From assembly GCA_951406725.2 (NCBI GenBank), contig OX597819.1, positions 105,276,001 through 105,340,000 on the forward strand: a DNA stretch of 64,000 bases, read 5' to 3'. The translations under genes were made by a program, and so were the position numbers. Position 1 is the first letter of the stretch. Every line of letters begins with the position of its first letter. The notes beneath the pieces were generated by a model. The model was not told the origin of the DNA. It did not search any database and was given only the letters and a program-made list of their open reading frames with translations. Source of the DNA: Octopus vulgaris (taxonomy: Eukaryota). This document shows, in pieces, positions 1-14,179 of this stretch.

Positions 1-59
1 CCTCTGTTCTGAGGAAACATGTTGTTACCAAATCTCAAGATAACATCCCAACTAATTAA

Positions 60-2920
60 TTTAGCCTGAAAAAGTCAACTTTAGCAGAATTTGAACTTGA
101 AATATAATGATGGATGAAATGGTGCTAAGCATTTTGTTTGATGTGTTACCAATTCTCCCAGCTTGCTGTCTTAATAACTTTCTACTAACATTGAGAGGAG
201 GTGACAAACTTTTATTTTATTTTCATTGTTTCTTTATAAGTTTTAATTGCTAAGATTGCAATTAAGGGCAGGAGTTGATGAGTTTCATAGCGCATTGGAA
301 AATTCTTGGCAAAGTTGAGCTTATGAATCCATTTTCAAATCCTAGCTGCTATTTCATTTAATTTCACTAATAACACAAATTCTCTTAGAAATCTCACAAT
401 CTTTCTGCCTTGTAGCAGCTCAGTTCCAATATCTTATTAGGAAACAGTAATACTGTTTTACAGGTCTTTAGACTGTGCCTTGAAATCACTAGGTGAATTA
501 TCATTTTGAATATGAGAGTATTGAACAATATACCTTATGGTATTTCTTCCCTGTCTTTTACATTCCGAGTTCAAATCTCACTGAGGTCACCTATGCTTTT
601 CAAATGTTTTTATAAAATAAAGTACCAGTCAAATGCTAGGGTTGTTATAATTAACTGAGCATTCCCTCAAAATTGCTGGCCTTCTCCCTAATTTAAAAGC
701 ATTTATTATTAATGGACAGGAAGGCTGTGAGTTGGCTGAATCTATTAGCACTGGACAAAATACTGAGTGGCATTTTGTCCGTCTTTATGTTTTGAGTTCA
801 AATTTTGTTGTGGTCAACTTTGCCTTTCATCCTTTCAGATTAATAAAATAAGTACCAGTTGACCACTGGGGTCGATGTAATCAACTTACCACCTCCCCCA
901 AAATTGCTGGCCTTGTGCCAAAATTTGAAACCATTACTAATGGGCAATGGATTGGTAGAATCATTAGAACATCAGACAAAAATGTGTTGTGACATTTTTT
1001 CTGACTTTTTATGTTTTGAGTTCAAATCCTCACAAGGTCAACTTTTCTTTTCATCTCTCTGGGGTTAATGTGTCTGAGGGTATATTTAATTGTCTTTCTA
1101 TTAGAATTCTGAGGTTGATTTTTTTTTTTTGCCTTCCATGTTTCTGTAGTTTATTAAAATAAAATACGAGTCAGATACTAGGGGTTGGTATGTCAACTAC
1201 AATTCCTCTTCCAAAATGTGTGTCTTTGTCCCTATTACCAATACAAGATGGTGACCGAATGGCCCAAATTACTATAGTATCTCACAAAATGCCTGTAAGT
1301 TCTTAACTCAACCCCTGCCAAAATTGACTTCATGTCCGTCTAAGTAGGAGGCTGCAGACAATAAAGTTATTATCTATCACATACTTAGATTGATATAATC
1401 AACTGTTTCCTTTTCTAGAATTTCTGTAGAAATGGTAAATACACAGCTTTACAATAATTACTCTTCCACCTCCTCCTCACTTTCTTAAATTTAACTCCAA
1501 TAGGGTTGGTTTTGCAGACCGTCCCATCAAAGTTAGGTAGTTAGGCCCTTGGCCTATATTGGTAGGGGCAGAGTCAATCCACTCTAGCTGTTTGCTACAA
1601 ATCTATTGCATTGTGCCAAAATTAGAAACTCTTGTTGTTAATGTTGGAAAACTGCTTAATGGTATTTCTTCTGGTTCTTTGCATTCTGAGTTCAAATCTC
1701 ACTAAGGTTAACTTTACTTTTTATCCCTCCAGAATTGATTAAATGCATCTCCTTAAAACTGTTGGTCTTGTGCCGAAATCAAAAACCATAATAATAATAA
1801 TAATCCTTTCTACAATAGGTACAAGGCCTGAAATTTTATGGCAGGGGACTAGTTGATATCATCGACCCCAGTGTTACACTGGTACTTAATTTATCGACCC
1901 TGAAAGGATGAAAGGCAAAGTTGAACTCAGAATGTGAAAACAGATGAAACACCAATAAGCATTTTGCCCGGCATGCTAACGATTCTGCCAGCTCACTGCC
2001 TTAATAAGAATAAAAGTGTTGGATTGTTGAACCATGAGAGTGTCAGACAAAGTACTTTGCAGTATATAGTTACAGCCTTCTGTCTTTTAAGTTCAGATTC
2101 TGTCAAAATCAACTTTGCCTATCTTCTTTCTAGGGTCAGTAAAATAAAATACTTGTCAGATCCCAGGGTCAATGTAATGACTAACCCCCTTCACACATAA
2201 TTGAAAAATAAAAATCGTGGCCTTGTGTTTGTTACAAATTATTATAAATTATCATTCCAATGTTAAAAATTTGTAGTAAATGGACAGAGTCATGAGTGGC
2301 TTATATTTTGACTCTTTACATTCTGAGTTCAAATCCCACTATCCCACTAAGGTCAACTTCGCTTTCATCTCTATGGAGTTGATAAAACACCAGTCAAGTA
2401 CTGCCCTCAAAATTGCTGCTCTTGTTCCTTAATTATAAATCATTATTATTGTTGCTGTTGTTGTTGTTATTGAAATAGAATCAATAGAGCAGTGGACAAT
2501 ATGCTTCATGGAATTTAGTTATGCCTCTTGCTTTCTGAGTTCTAATCCTGCTGAAGTTAACTTTGTCTTTCTTCCTACCAGAGTCAATAAATTAAAGTAC
2601 CAGTCAAAAACTGGGACCTGATCTGATTGACTGTATGGTTAGTTTACACTATTCCATAAGGAGCATAGGGCCAGTTTCTCTGGCATATATATTCCTTCCT
2701 GGATGGGACACTGGTCCATTGGAGGATTGCTCATTTTTACCAGCTGAGTGGACTGGAGCAACATGAAATGAAGTGTTTTGCTTAAGAAAACAACACATTG
2801 CCCTGTCCAGGAATCAAAGCCACAATCTTATGATCATGAGTCCAACACTCTAACCACTATGCCATGTGCCACCACTAATTGACCATACAGCCTCTTGAAA
2901 TTTGTGGCTTGTGCCTATGT
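60..2920. mobile_element. Dense cluster of about 10 decayed SINE family B copies, mostly on +
   Basis: The unit TTCTGAGTTCAAAT..GTCAACTTTGCCTTTCATCC..AAGTACCAGT..CTGGGGTCGAT..AAAATTGCTGGCCTTGTGCC recurs near 560, 790, 1015, 1680, 2090, 2320 and 2535. Inverted copies lie near 60-170 and 1810-2000. Confidence 0.8.
2636..2874 (-). mobile_element. SINE family C nested in a family B copy
   Basis: Minus-strand head GGCACATGGCATAGTGGTTAGAGTG (A-box-like) and core TTCATTTCATGTTGCTCCAGTCCACTCAGCTG. The host SINE resumes at about 2880. Confidence 0.7.
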
Positions 2921-4609
2921 TGATGGTTTAAACATGAGTTTGGCATGGTCTTGGGGTTCACTCACACACATACATTATATGGCTTTGGGCAGTTGAGTGC
3001 TACATTAAAAGACACCTCTTGCTCAAGATGCTGTGCAATTATATATGTGGTTGGGAAGTCAATGTATGCAATAAAGTGTAAGACAGTTCATGGTTAACAA
3101 AATAATACAAGTGTAAGAAGAATGTTAACTAGTAAACATGCATAGAAGTACTCAGGCTTAACAATGTTCACATTTTAATGACAATGTTCAGTGTTAAAAT
3201 AATATGTTGATGTTAAATTCAACTTTCATTGAAAGTCAACAAACAAAGTTTGCTTTAGAAGCATTGAAAGATACAGATAAAGAAATAATTTTATTCTCAA
3301 ATGCAGGATAATGCTAATAATATAGCATGAACTGGATAATATGTTGATGGTTACCAAATGATGTGTGAGAACACTAATAATGTTTACAAATCCTAGTATT
3401 ACTATGTTCTAGAATGTGCCTACATCTATCATTCCAGTGGGGTTGTCAATGTCTACGGAAATAGTTGTGTACTGTTTCAGTTGTGTTAATTATAAATAGG
3501 ATGATAGAAATATTTCTTAATTGTCAGTATATATTTAAATTCAACAACAGTATGGGGGTGGTGGGTGAAGGTGCATGACTTAATGGTTAGGGTGTTGCAC
3601 ATGATTGCAAGATTATGGTTTTGATTCCATCTAGATGAAATAGGTGTCATTGAGTAGGAACAACTCTTCAGTGTAAGTAGCATAGAATTAACCAAATAGT
3701 TTGTCAGCTTGCCATGCTGCGTTCAATTCCTTGCAAGAGTTTGGTGAAGTTGATCTGGTATTCAATTACAGTCCCCAACCAGATAGTCCCTAATCATCAA
3801 GGCTCTGGTTCTGATTAAAAGCTGTATATAATGGGTGAAGAGTTTGAACAGTAGTGCATTGCACATTAAATTCTTTATGCACAGATGGACATTTTCATTG
3901 TTCACTTAATATAATCATATTTGCATTTATTTTAAAAAAAATCAATTTTTCAGAAGGTGAGGAAGTGTCACATTCGTGATATTCACAGGGCCTTTGAAAC
4001 TGTTGAAGAAAGGGAGAAGAAACCACAGCATATTAGCTATAGCCCAGTCAATGTATATTTATAGGATATCTCATACAGTTTCTATCTACCCAATTTTGTT
4101 CACACAAGGATTGAATCAACTTGTGACTATAATTGAAAACACTTTCCCAAAGTGGAATCAAACCTAGAATTATGTGATTGTCAAGTGAACTTAACTGCAT
4201 GACCATGTGTATAAGAGAATTGTGTATTTACATGCCACTTTAATAGGGATCAGTGTTTGCAATAAATTGTGTATATATGCATCATGAACATACATGCAAC
4301 ATGTTTACAAAAATGTTAGTACTTGTTTTTGAATGGTTCCCAAGAGATCACATTTGTTTTTTGTTATATAAATAACCAGATTTGGTGCTATATAAGCAAT
4401 GGTGTAGGTTCAAAATTAAACAGAAGTATGTCAGTTTATGACCTCATGATCCCTGACAATGTTGTTAACAAACTTGTTCTTTTAAAACAAGGGTTTCTTT
4501 ATATTATGTAATTGTATTTCATCTCTACATGCCCATATAGTTTTCAGTGTGTATGAATTATATGTACAAATTCCAAAGTGATCTTTAAAATGCATTTTAG
4601 GTTCAATCA

Positions 4610-4836
4610 GTTTTTTTAACTATATTTCTGTTGTATTGTTGAAACATGTTGCCTTTGTTTCTATTAGTTTTGAAAATAATGACAATTTTAGTAAGATAAC
4701 TGTCATTATTTAATTGGTGTTTAGAATACAAACACAAAATTTAAATGAAAAGTTTTAATTTAGATTACTTTAAAACAAGAAGTTTGTATCATAGAATCAG
4801 GAGTAGTTTCAGGCAGGTTGGTGTCAAAAAAGTTAA
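4610..4836. mobile_element. piggyBac-like (TTAA-ended) MITE family, about 230 bp
   Basis: Shares its body and the end GGCAGGTTGGT.TCAAAA..GTTAA with copies at about 5700-6155 (interrupted by a SINE), 8410-8640, 12849-13065 (inverted, starts TTAACCCTTTTGATACC) and 19395-19575 (ends AAAAGGGTTAA). Confidence 0.55.
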
Positions 4837-4902
4837 AGATAATGGCATGCTACAATCAACATCCTGCAAGACTAAATAACTTCTTATAGTATTTAGTTAT
4901 GT

Positions 4903-5312
4903 TTACTCTTTTACTCTTTTACTGGTTTCAGTCATTTGACTGCGGCCATGCTGGAGCACCGCCTTTAATCAAGCAACTCGACCCGGGACTTATTCTTTGT
5001 AAGCCTAGTACTTATTCTATCGGTCTCTTTTGCCGAACCGCTAAGTGACGGGGACGTAAACACACCAGCATCGGTTGTCAAGTGATGTTGGATGGGACAA
5101 ACACAGACACACAAACATACACACACACATATATATATATACATATATACGACGGGCTTCTTTCAGTTTCTGTCTACCAAATCCACTCACAAGGCTTTGG
5201 TCGGCCCGAGGCTACAGTAGAAGACACTTGCCCAAGGTGCCACACAGTGGGACTGAACCCAGAACCATGTGGTTGGTTAGCAAGCTACTTACCACACAGC
5301 CACTCCTGCGCC
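4903..5312 (-). mobile_element. SINE family A, full length, young
   Basis: tRNA-like head GGCGCAGGAGTGGCTGTGTGGTAAG..GGTTCAGTCCC, internal (TA)/(TG) tract and (GTAAAAGA)n tail. CpGs are retained. Confidence 0.9.
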
Positions 5313-7079
5313 TCTACATTCTAATTTCAAATCCCACTGGTTTTCAATTTAGAAAGTACTCATCATTTACTAGGGTTTATTCAGTTCAGCTATACATCTG
5401 TGTTTTTGTTCTAGGCATCTAGCAAGAAGTATAACTCTGTAGTATGGTTTCAGTCCTCAACTGAAGCCATTTCACTCATAATGCTAATGTCCTTCAAGGA
5501 AGTTTGAATATTAGGATACACAATTTTCTATCCCTCCTAAAACTTGACAAGTATTTAAACCAAGAAAAAAGAAACCAATATTTTCAGGGTGACATGCATT
5601 CAATTATTTGGTGTTTACATCATAAATTTAAGAAAATGATCACTTAATGATTTTCCTTTATACAAACTCTTAATATTTTTATGACTGAATGAAATTGTAA
5701 TGAAATTCATTGCCTTTGAATTTCAATAAATTTTGAAAATAATCAAGAATGTAGTAAGGGAATAATTTCATTATTAAACTGCAGTTTAGGATTAGCAGAA
5801 TCATTAGAACAGGCAAAATACTTTGTGTTTTTTTTTCTGTTTTTTTTTTTACATTCTGAGTTCAAATCTTGTTGTGAACAACTTTGCCTCCAATCCTCTT
5901 GGAGTTAATAAAATGAAGTACCAGTTAAGTACTGGTGTCAGTTGTATTGTCTAATTTCCTTTCCCCAAATTCCAGGCCTTATACTTAATGTTAGAAACAA
6001 TGATTAAGCTGATGTCTTAAAAAAAGCAATTTAAAAGGGTTTTTGCTTAAACCTGATTGAAGATTTTTAACTCAAATTTGACAATTTTAAGCAGGCAATC
6101 ATTTTATCAAAGAACCAGAGGTGATTTCACGTGGTTTGGGAATATTGGAATTAATCTTACATTTTTTACAAGTTTTAAAATATGAAAATATATTTATATT
6201 CTACAGATTATTTTTGTCTTTTACAATTCATAGTTAAAGCCTGTGAATGCTAGCTTTTTTGTAATGCAATATTAGAAGAGAATTTCAAATTTCATAATCT
6301 ATTATTTATCCAATCTTAATAGTAGGATTGGTAGTGTACTTCACAGTATTTAGTTACGTCCTTAAGCTTTGGATTAAAAACCTACTGAGGTTAACATTGC
6401 CTTTCATTCTTTCAGAGTTAATAATCCTAGACACCAGTCATTGATAAAACCACATATGAAAACGTGTCACCTTGTACCAAGTTAAGATATCAATATTTAT
6501 CAAATCAATACTGTTGACCGTCTTTGACTCAAAAACCTCTGTTAGTCACCAGTTTATAGATGACTCCTATTTAAGAAAGTTTGCTGTTTTATTAACTTGT
6601 TGCATCATTTTTCAAATAATATATTTGTTTACAAATAATAGAATTTCAAGATATTGTTTTTGTTGAGGTTGCTTTGTTTTTACAAGTTTCAAAGCTATTG
6701 TATTGCTCCCTCATTACTGAGTACATAACTGCACTTGTTCTGGTTCATCTAATCGAAAAAACCCCCAAAAAAACATAGTTTGAAGTAAGAAGAGAATATA
6801 ACAAAAAAAAAATGCTCTTACAAAATCTCTCTCTGGCCTCAGAATCATAAAATAATGTAAAAACTGTAAAAAAATAAGATAATTCTAACATACTGTAATG
6901 TAAACTGAATTGGGTCATTAACTAAGGGGGAAACATTTGATCTTTGGTTCCTTTATTTTTTTGGTTTTTTTAGTTAGAGCTTCTTGTAATAGTTGTGTCA
7001 GTTTCTTGCATTCTGAGTTCAAATCCTGTCATGGACTAGATGGGTTGCAGACTTAACTTATTGCTCAGTTTAATACTGT

Positions 7080-7380
7080 CACCTTGTCATAAAGTGCTTT
7101 TAGCAGAATCCAATCTGTTGCAGGGATTCAAGGTAGGTGTCTGGTTTGTGGACACTTTCCACTCTTTCCTTCTGTTGTGATGAACGGGTTTTCTTGAGTA
7201 TGGCAATGTGTTACATATCTTGGTCCTCTGTTATCTCCTTCATGAGGCTAAGCATTTTGAGATCAGCGTTCAGTACTTCATCCCATGTCTTCCTGGGTTT
7301 CCCTCTTTCTCAACTTCCCTCCACTCTAAGTCACTGGCACATTCTAATGCAACTGTTCTCATTCGTCTGTCTCACATGAG
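7080..7380 (-). mobile_element. RTE-clade LINE 3' remnant
   Basis: The minus strand translates to VEGS*ERGKPRKTWDEVLNADLKMLSL, the RTE C-terminal RGRPRKTW motif. Confidence 0.65.
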
Positions 7381-7428
7381 CAAACGTGTATGTGTACATA
7401 TATGTGTGTGTGGATGCATGTATGTGTG

Positions 7429-7462
<34 letters not shown>

Positions 7463-10400
7463 CCACAGTGTAAAAGTTCACTGGTGCATTGTTGTGGTAT
7501 ACTTTAGTCTGTTATACTCTTAATGCACTCTGCATAGAAGCATTTTCCAAAGGTGTTTCATTGACCAACATAGTATTTAAAATAGTTTCTAATATAGATA
7601 CAAGGACTGGAATTTGGGTGTGGGGAATAGTTGATTATATCAACCTTAGTACTTTATTGACACTGAAAAGATTATAGGATAAGTTGAACTTGGCAGGATT
7701 GTAACTCAGAATGTAAAAAGTTGTTACTAAATGTTGCAAGACATTTTGTCTGACATCCTAACAATTCTACCTGTCCACCATAACAAATGTTGAAAATATG
7801 AAAAGGAACAAATTTAGAAATGTCTAAGTTACAAATCTTGAATTTTTGGTTAATGATAAATCCTTTAATCTATCAGATTGAATGCCCCTATGATTCTCCA
7901 AATAGAGTGTTTTGGATAAATTCCTTTCCAACATATACTCAGTGGCCAAGTAGAGTTGGATTCAACATTCAAAGTTAACAAAGCACAATAATTTTACAGT
8001 GCTACCATTGCTTGAAATAGTGAAGTGTTTCAGCCCTGTGGTCCCTATTTACAGATAGGTGGGCTGAACCGTTTAAGAGTTAAATGCCTTGGCCCTTGAC
8101 AGAAAGCAGTACATGAGCCATCAACAGCTTTGCTGGTTATCTACTTTCTTGCTGATTTAACCATCTTCTTTGTCAATGTCTGATATGTAAGCCTGTTTCT
8201 TTTACTCTTTATATGTGTGTGTATGAATATGCTTATGTGGATGAATAACTACCAAATGAATCAGTGCTACATTAAATATAATGTATCTGATTCCCTAAGG
8301 TCAGTTATTGCAATAAGAATTTCAGTTTTACAGGCTATCAATTCCAACTTCACTGATTTTAAGTTTTACACTACATTTTGATTGGTTCAATTTCTGGTTA
8401 TTTTCAGCTGTCCTAACCATTTTATTACCATATTTCTTTTGAAATACACTATCTGTGTTTCAATTAGTTCTTAAAATAATAAAGAATTTTGTAAAATGTT
8501 TTTGTCATTATTAAGCTGGTGTTTGTAACATAAATTGACATGAAATTTTGATGGGAATTTTTACTTTAAATCACTTTGAAACAGGAAGTTCATCTCATAT
8601 AACAGGGATGGTTTTGGGTAGGTTGGGTTAAAAATAAAGGACTATTCATCATTATCAGAGGTTAGACTGTAGAACCTTAATTACCAATACAGAAATAGCA
8701 GCTTTATAATTTAAAGATGGTAAGAATTTGAAATAAAGAGTACTGAATTCAAACATATTAACTTTAGGATTATGGCAATTGGATATAATTAGAAAATGGA
8801 CCAATCGAAATACAGAGAAAACAAAATACATTTCATGATACTGAATGATTAAATAAATAGTCTGGAAAAACCAAATTTTCATTAAATTTGAGTAAAATTA
8901 GTTTCAATTAAAACTTAAACATAATTATACATGAAACATTTTTATAACATTGAAATATGGGACAAACAACGAATGTAAATAAAAAGGGTCATAAAGAATG
9001 ATGATAGCAATGATGATAATATAATGGACTTCATTATAAAATAAAGTTTGTTATTTTCTGTTTCATTTTTATCAAGACAAACTACTTAATGTTCTGGTTT
9101 TTATTCATTCATTTATTTGAGTATGTATGGAGGTACAAATGTGTGTGTATGTATGTATATATGTGTGTGTGTACCAGTTTCTGGTCAATTTCAACACAAT
9201 CATATATTGAGCATTCTTAAGGATTTGAAAAGAAAATTAAAAAAAGAACAAAAACTGTGTATGAGTGCTTTGATATTAGATACCTTGTAATCAGTTACAA
9301 GTCTTTACATGCGGAATGAACATCTATCTGGATTCAGATTTGCCTTTCATCCTTCCAAGGTTGATGAAATAAAGAACCAGTAAAATACTGGGATAGGTGA
9401 AGTCAACTATATTCCCTAACCCAGAGTCTGTGACATTGTGCCAATGTTTGAAATTATTTTGTCTTATAATTTTGTATTCTTCATTTATTTTGTTAGATGT
9501 TCACAGTTTTATGTTTGTTTTTATTGCTGTATTATTGTTTTGAGTTCAGCCTGCCAACACGACTGGTTCTGATTCAAATTTACCAAGACCAGTTCTAGTT
9601 TAGTGTACCTGGATGGACTACTGTGCTAAAGTAGCAGGATGTAAAGGCCTTTATGCCTCCACTTTTATTGGAAATATTCAGTGTTCTCCATAACAAGAGA
9701 TGCATGACCAAAACTGAGGCAGCAACTTTGGTTTCAACCTTTAATTGAAGCTTGACACTAATTCACTTCATCTACACTACTAACAATCATGTGGAAAGGC
9801 ATGAATGCTACACTTCCTCTATTGGGTCTACTCTAAACTATATAGCCTTGGTACCTTGTCAAAAAGAAACCATTTTTATTCAGAATGAAAACAGGGGCTT
9901 GTTAATGTTGGTTATTTTGTATGTGAAATGCAAAAATTATATTTATATGTACAATAAGTATAAAAACAACAAAGAAAAAAGCCATTGTTGTTGACTGTGA
10001 AATGGGGATTTATTAATGTTGCTTGTGTGTTTGTAAAGTATGCGTGTGAGAATATGTTCTGGATATTAATAATTATGTATGAAAATAAGCGTGTTTGTAT
10101 GAGTGTGTATGAATATTTCTTGACATGAATGGATCAAACTTGTGTTTCTGGTCCCTGCTTGCTATATTGTGCAGCTATGCCTCAGTCATGGTTCCAATCG
10201 ATTATTTCCCTTTGCTGTACAATATGGCTGCTCACCCTTTGCATTTTTTTTTAAACACCCATCTGATTGTACAATGAGAGTATATGTCTGTATAATAAGT
10301 TTAAAGCTAATTCACTTTTGATAATGGCCATTTTTTTTCCTTGAAAAGACAAAACAAAAGAATGAAGCTTCCAATTTTAGATATGAGTTGGTAATTATGG

Positions 10401-11134
10401 TTTTGCTGTGGCTTGCTTTTACGATTTCTGTTTTTATTGTAATTGCATCATAATTCTGATGAAAAAGAGAATTATAAATTAAAAAAAACGTGTATGCATG
10501 TGTGTATGCATATAGACACACACACACACACATACACACACATACACATTTATATATGAACACAATATCTGTAAGGTTATGATACTGGATTACTGACCAC
10601 ATGGTCATACATCTAATGTTGTGCTCATATCTGATACACCTCCTAACTTTAGTGTAAAGAAAGCCCTACATCAAATTTTATCCTCTCCTCTTCATAACAA
10701 TTTCCTAATTTGCTTGGCAGACATAAAAAATGGCTTCATAACCTGTAATACATCTGTTTATATACAGATACAGACTCATGATTATCTAGCTACACATACC
10801 GATATGTGTGTGTGAGCTATTACAGAAACTTATCAATTCATAGTACTACTAGTTTCAAAGCCACACTGAACTGTTGAGTACTTATCATAATAGTTGACTT
10901 GTACATTTTTTCATTTGAACAAAATGTTTTACTATGTTGAAGAAAACAGGTGAAAAGCTCAACTAAGTATGAGTAGTTAGCAGCTTTCAGTGACTTTGAA
11001 ACTATAAGTAGCATGGATTGACTGTGTTCTATAATCATAAAAATGTGTAAACTGATTCTAAGTGAAGTGCTCTTCACTGTGGTATCTGAAACTTGCTCAG
11101 TGACTCTGTATGTGTGTGTGTGTGTGTGTATATA

Positions 11135-11990
11135 CAAGGTTGATCACAGGCTGATATATCACAAGATATGAAGACTTGGCATAGTTGGAAAACTGGAAGA
11201 GGGATGACATGACATATTAAAAGACAGAAGTCTGGCTGTAACAGCTAATGGAGCCCTTTCCAAGGAAATATTAATAGTAAGGGGAGTGCCTCAGGGAACT
11301 GTCTGGGGGCCATTGCTGTTTGTGGTGACCTCTCAGATATATTGTCATTTATACAGGCAGCCACTCTTACTAGCTATGCAGACAACACTATAATAGCACA
11401 AGCAATCAAGAATCTTGATGCTAATCTTTTACTGAAAGAACTAGATACCATATACAAATGGGCTGAAGAAAGCAACACGCAATTTAATGCTGCAAATTTC
11501 TTAGCCCTCCACTATCAGTCAGCTTTTGCTAACACACCACAACAAAAATTCCTAGGACCAAAATGAGCAGCAATCCCATGGTCAAATACAGTGTGTAACC
11601 TTGGGATTGATATAAGCAACAATGCATCATTTCATGTACATATCGCTAAGAAAGCTGTGTGCAGGCAAATGCCTGGCTGGCTTTTGAGAACTTGCACAAC
11701 AAGGGACCAGGAAACTATGTTGGTCATTTGGAGGGCATCTGTCTTTGGCTGTCTGGACTACTGCTCATAGCTATGACCATCCCATAGTGTCAATTTAATG
11801 GTGGAAGTTGAGGTAGTTCAGTGGTGCTACACCAATAAGATTGTGTCAATAAAACATTTGAGCTCCTGGAAGAGATTGAAAGAATTATGATTACTTCCTG
11901 GCTTGGAGTGAAGACAGGAGAGATATGTGATGTTATACACATGGAAGGTTTGAGAAATGTTGGCACCAAACTTTGGCATTGAGAATTGTA
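11135..11990 (+). mobile_element. Decayed CR1/jockey-group LINE reverse transcriptase
   Basis: Translates to VDHRLI..RGVPQGTVWGPLLF..SYADN (degenerate YADD)..YKWAEESNTQFN, with stops and frameshifts. Confidence 0.8.
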
Positions 11991-12049
11991 CTATCCCCTG
12001 AACAGGATGGTCTGCTCTGTAAAGAGATCAGTGACTATTTTATCCAAGT

Positions 12050-12845
12050 TAGCAACCATGGTACCAACAACAACATAATTAAGATAGCTAATGAAATTGA
12101 GGAGAGGTATGAAATAAGTACTGATACAGATCTTTTCCCAAGGAGCACTGGTAAAATCTATTTATCAGATGAACAAAGTAAAAAAAAATATTAAAAAGTG
12201 GAACAGTTCACTGAGAAGATACTACACGAGTTCTTGGCACAGAAGACACAAGCCAAAGAAGAGATTTCTCAGGTCAAGAGCTTGGCATGGAGTACTGACA
12301 AGTTTATGACCTGCCTCTTTGAATGTTACCTCCATCACCTCCAAGTACCTACAGCATAAGAGACAGAAAACACAGAGAGGCAACAAATGTAGTCTGTGCA
12401 AGACCAAAACTGAAGATATTAACTACATTATTACCAATTGTGAGACAATGTCTTCTGCATATTATCTTCCTATTAGGCCATGATACAGTGGCTAGAACAG
12501 AATTATGATCTGGAACAAAATAACAAATAATAAAACACCTCCAGATGAATTTGACTATATTGAGACCAATGGGTCAAAAGAATATTGGTGAAACTTAAAA
12601 ATTAAAACAGCAACCAAGTTAAAACACAACTGGCCAGGTATTACTGTATGTGACCACAAGGAGAAAATATGTTGTGTTGTGGAAATCAGCTGCCCTCTGC
12701 ACACCAATGTGGTTTGAAAAATAAAAGAGAAAGCGGACATATATGAACCATTAATAAAGAGTTTGCAAATCCAGTACTCTACAAAATCCTGCTCTACAAA
12801 TGATCACAATATCAGGGACTATAAAAATCTGCAAGACCTTATTAA
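12050..12845 (+). mobile_element. Decayed non-LTR element with a restriction-like endonuclease (R4/Dong/NeSL-like), 3' part
   Basis: Zinc-knuckle remnant CSLCKTKTEDINYIITNC, then HDTVAR, KHNWPGITV..EKICCVVEISCP..KEKADIYEPL, matching the RHD / PD-(D/E)xK layout. Same family as 49000-50075. Confidence 0.75.
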
Positions 12846-13214
12846 GATTTAACCCTTTTGATACCAATGAGCCTGAAACTATATCTGGTTCTGTAGTACA
12901 AATATTTTGTTTTCAAAAGTTCTGAATTAAAATCTTCCAAACCTTAGTCACAATTTATGTTCCTTACATTTGCCTTATGATAACTAAGTTATTTTGCTAA
13001 ATTCTTGTTATATTGAAAATTAATTGAAAGAAACACAGATTAGCTCAACAAAAATATAGTTAAAGGATGATTGTTAAAACAAGTTGCTTTCCTTCACAAC
13101 CTTGCTACTGTGTAGGTGACCAGTCAAAATTTACTCTAAATTAAAAAGAGAACATACATGCACATTTGTTTTCATGTTGAATTATAATAAAAGCAGTTTT
13201 ACTTTAAACTGAAA

Positions 13215-13378
13215 GGCATAGGAGTGGCTGGTGGTAAGTAGCTTGCTTACCAACCACATGGTTCCAGGTTCAGTCCCACTATGTGGCTCTTTGGGAAAGT
13301 GTCTTCTACTATAGCCTCAGGCTGACCAAAGCCTTGGGAGTGGATTTGGTAGACAGAAACTGAAAAAAGCCTGTTGTA

Positions 13379-13413
<35 letters not shown>

Positions 13414-13610
13414 GTATGAGTGTGTGTATATGTTTGTGCTTGTCTCCCCCAACATCGCTTGACAACTGATGCTGGTGTGTTTACATCCCCGTAACTTAGC
13501 GGTTTGGCAAAAAAGACTGATAGAATAAGTACTGGGGTCAATTTGCTCGACTAAAGGTGGTGCTTGCAGAATGGCCACAGTCAAATGACTGAAACAAGTA
13601 AAAGAGTAAG
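13215..13610 (+). mobile_element. SINE family A, full length
   Basis: Same head, internal microsatellite and tail as 4903-5312, but with CpGs decayed to TpG/CpA. Confidence 0.9.
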
Positions 13611-14179
13611 TACTCGATATGTTTTGTAGAGTATGTATTTACCATACTTTTGCAAGAAGAATGATAACAGTGACTTCAAAGTTTGAATGGTTAGCAGGCC
13701 GAAACTTTAAAGTCACTATCATCACTCTTGTAAAACTGTAATAGATAATATATATATATATATATATCTTGTAAAGTTCATGGTGAACAGAACTTCAAGA
13801 TTTACCCAACTGCTGAGCAAAATTTAGAAGTCCCTCTCAACACAAACTTTACAATAAATTTGACTCTACTCTCAGGTATTGAGTCACCTCATTGGTTCAT
13901 CTTTTGCTGTTATTCTTAAACTAGCTTTACAATAATAACTTCAATTTAGCATTTTCAGACACACACACATTCAGTGGAACTCGGAGTAGATAAAGCTATC
14001 AATACTGGCATGGTGAATATTTGTCTACAAAACATTGGATAGAGCAAATTAAAGACTACCAGTGGTATATGAATCAGCGTCTGTAACCAAGATTGATCTT
14101 CTAAATTTTGACTTTCTTTATTGAAAGGAGCTTTTAAAACCAATATTTACATGCTATTTTTTATAGCTTTATAAAGTGG

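Noticed and set aside
5075-5422. Recurring ORF family (YQIHSQGFG..EDTCPRCH..EPCGW)
   Set aside because: It is the antisense translation of SINE A, with stops and frames varying between copies; not a gene family.
13959-14086. Possible plus-strand exon (YQYWHGEYLSTKHWIEQIKDYQWYMNQRL)
   Set aside because: An in-frame TAA lies between the acceptor and this peptide, and I found no recognisable homology or partner exons.
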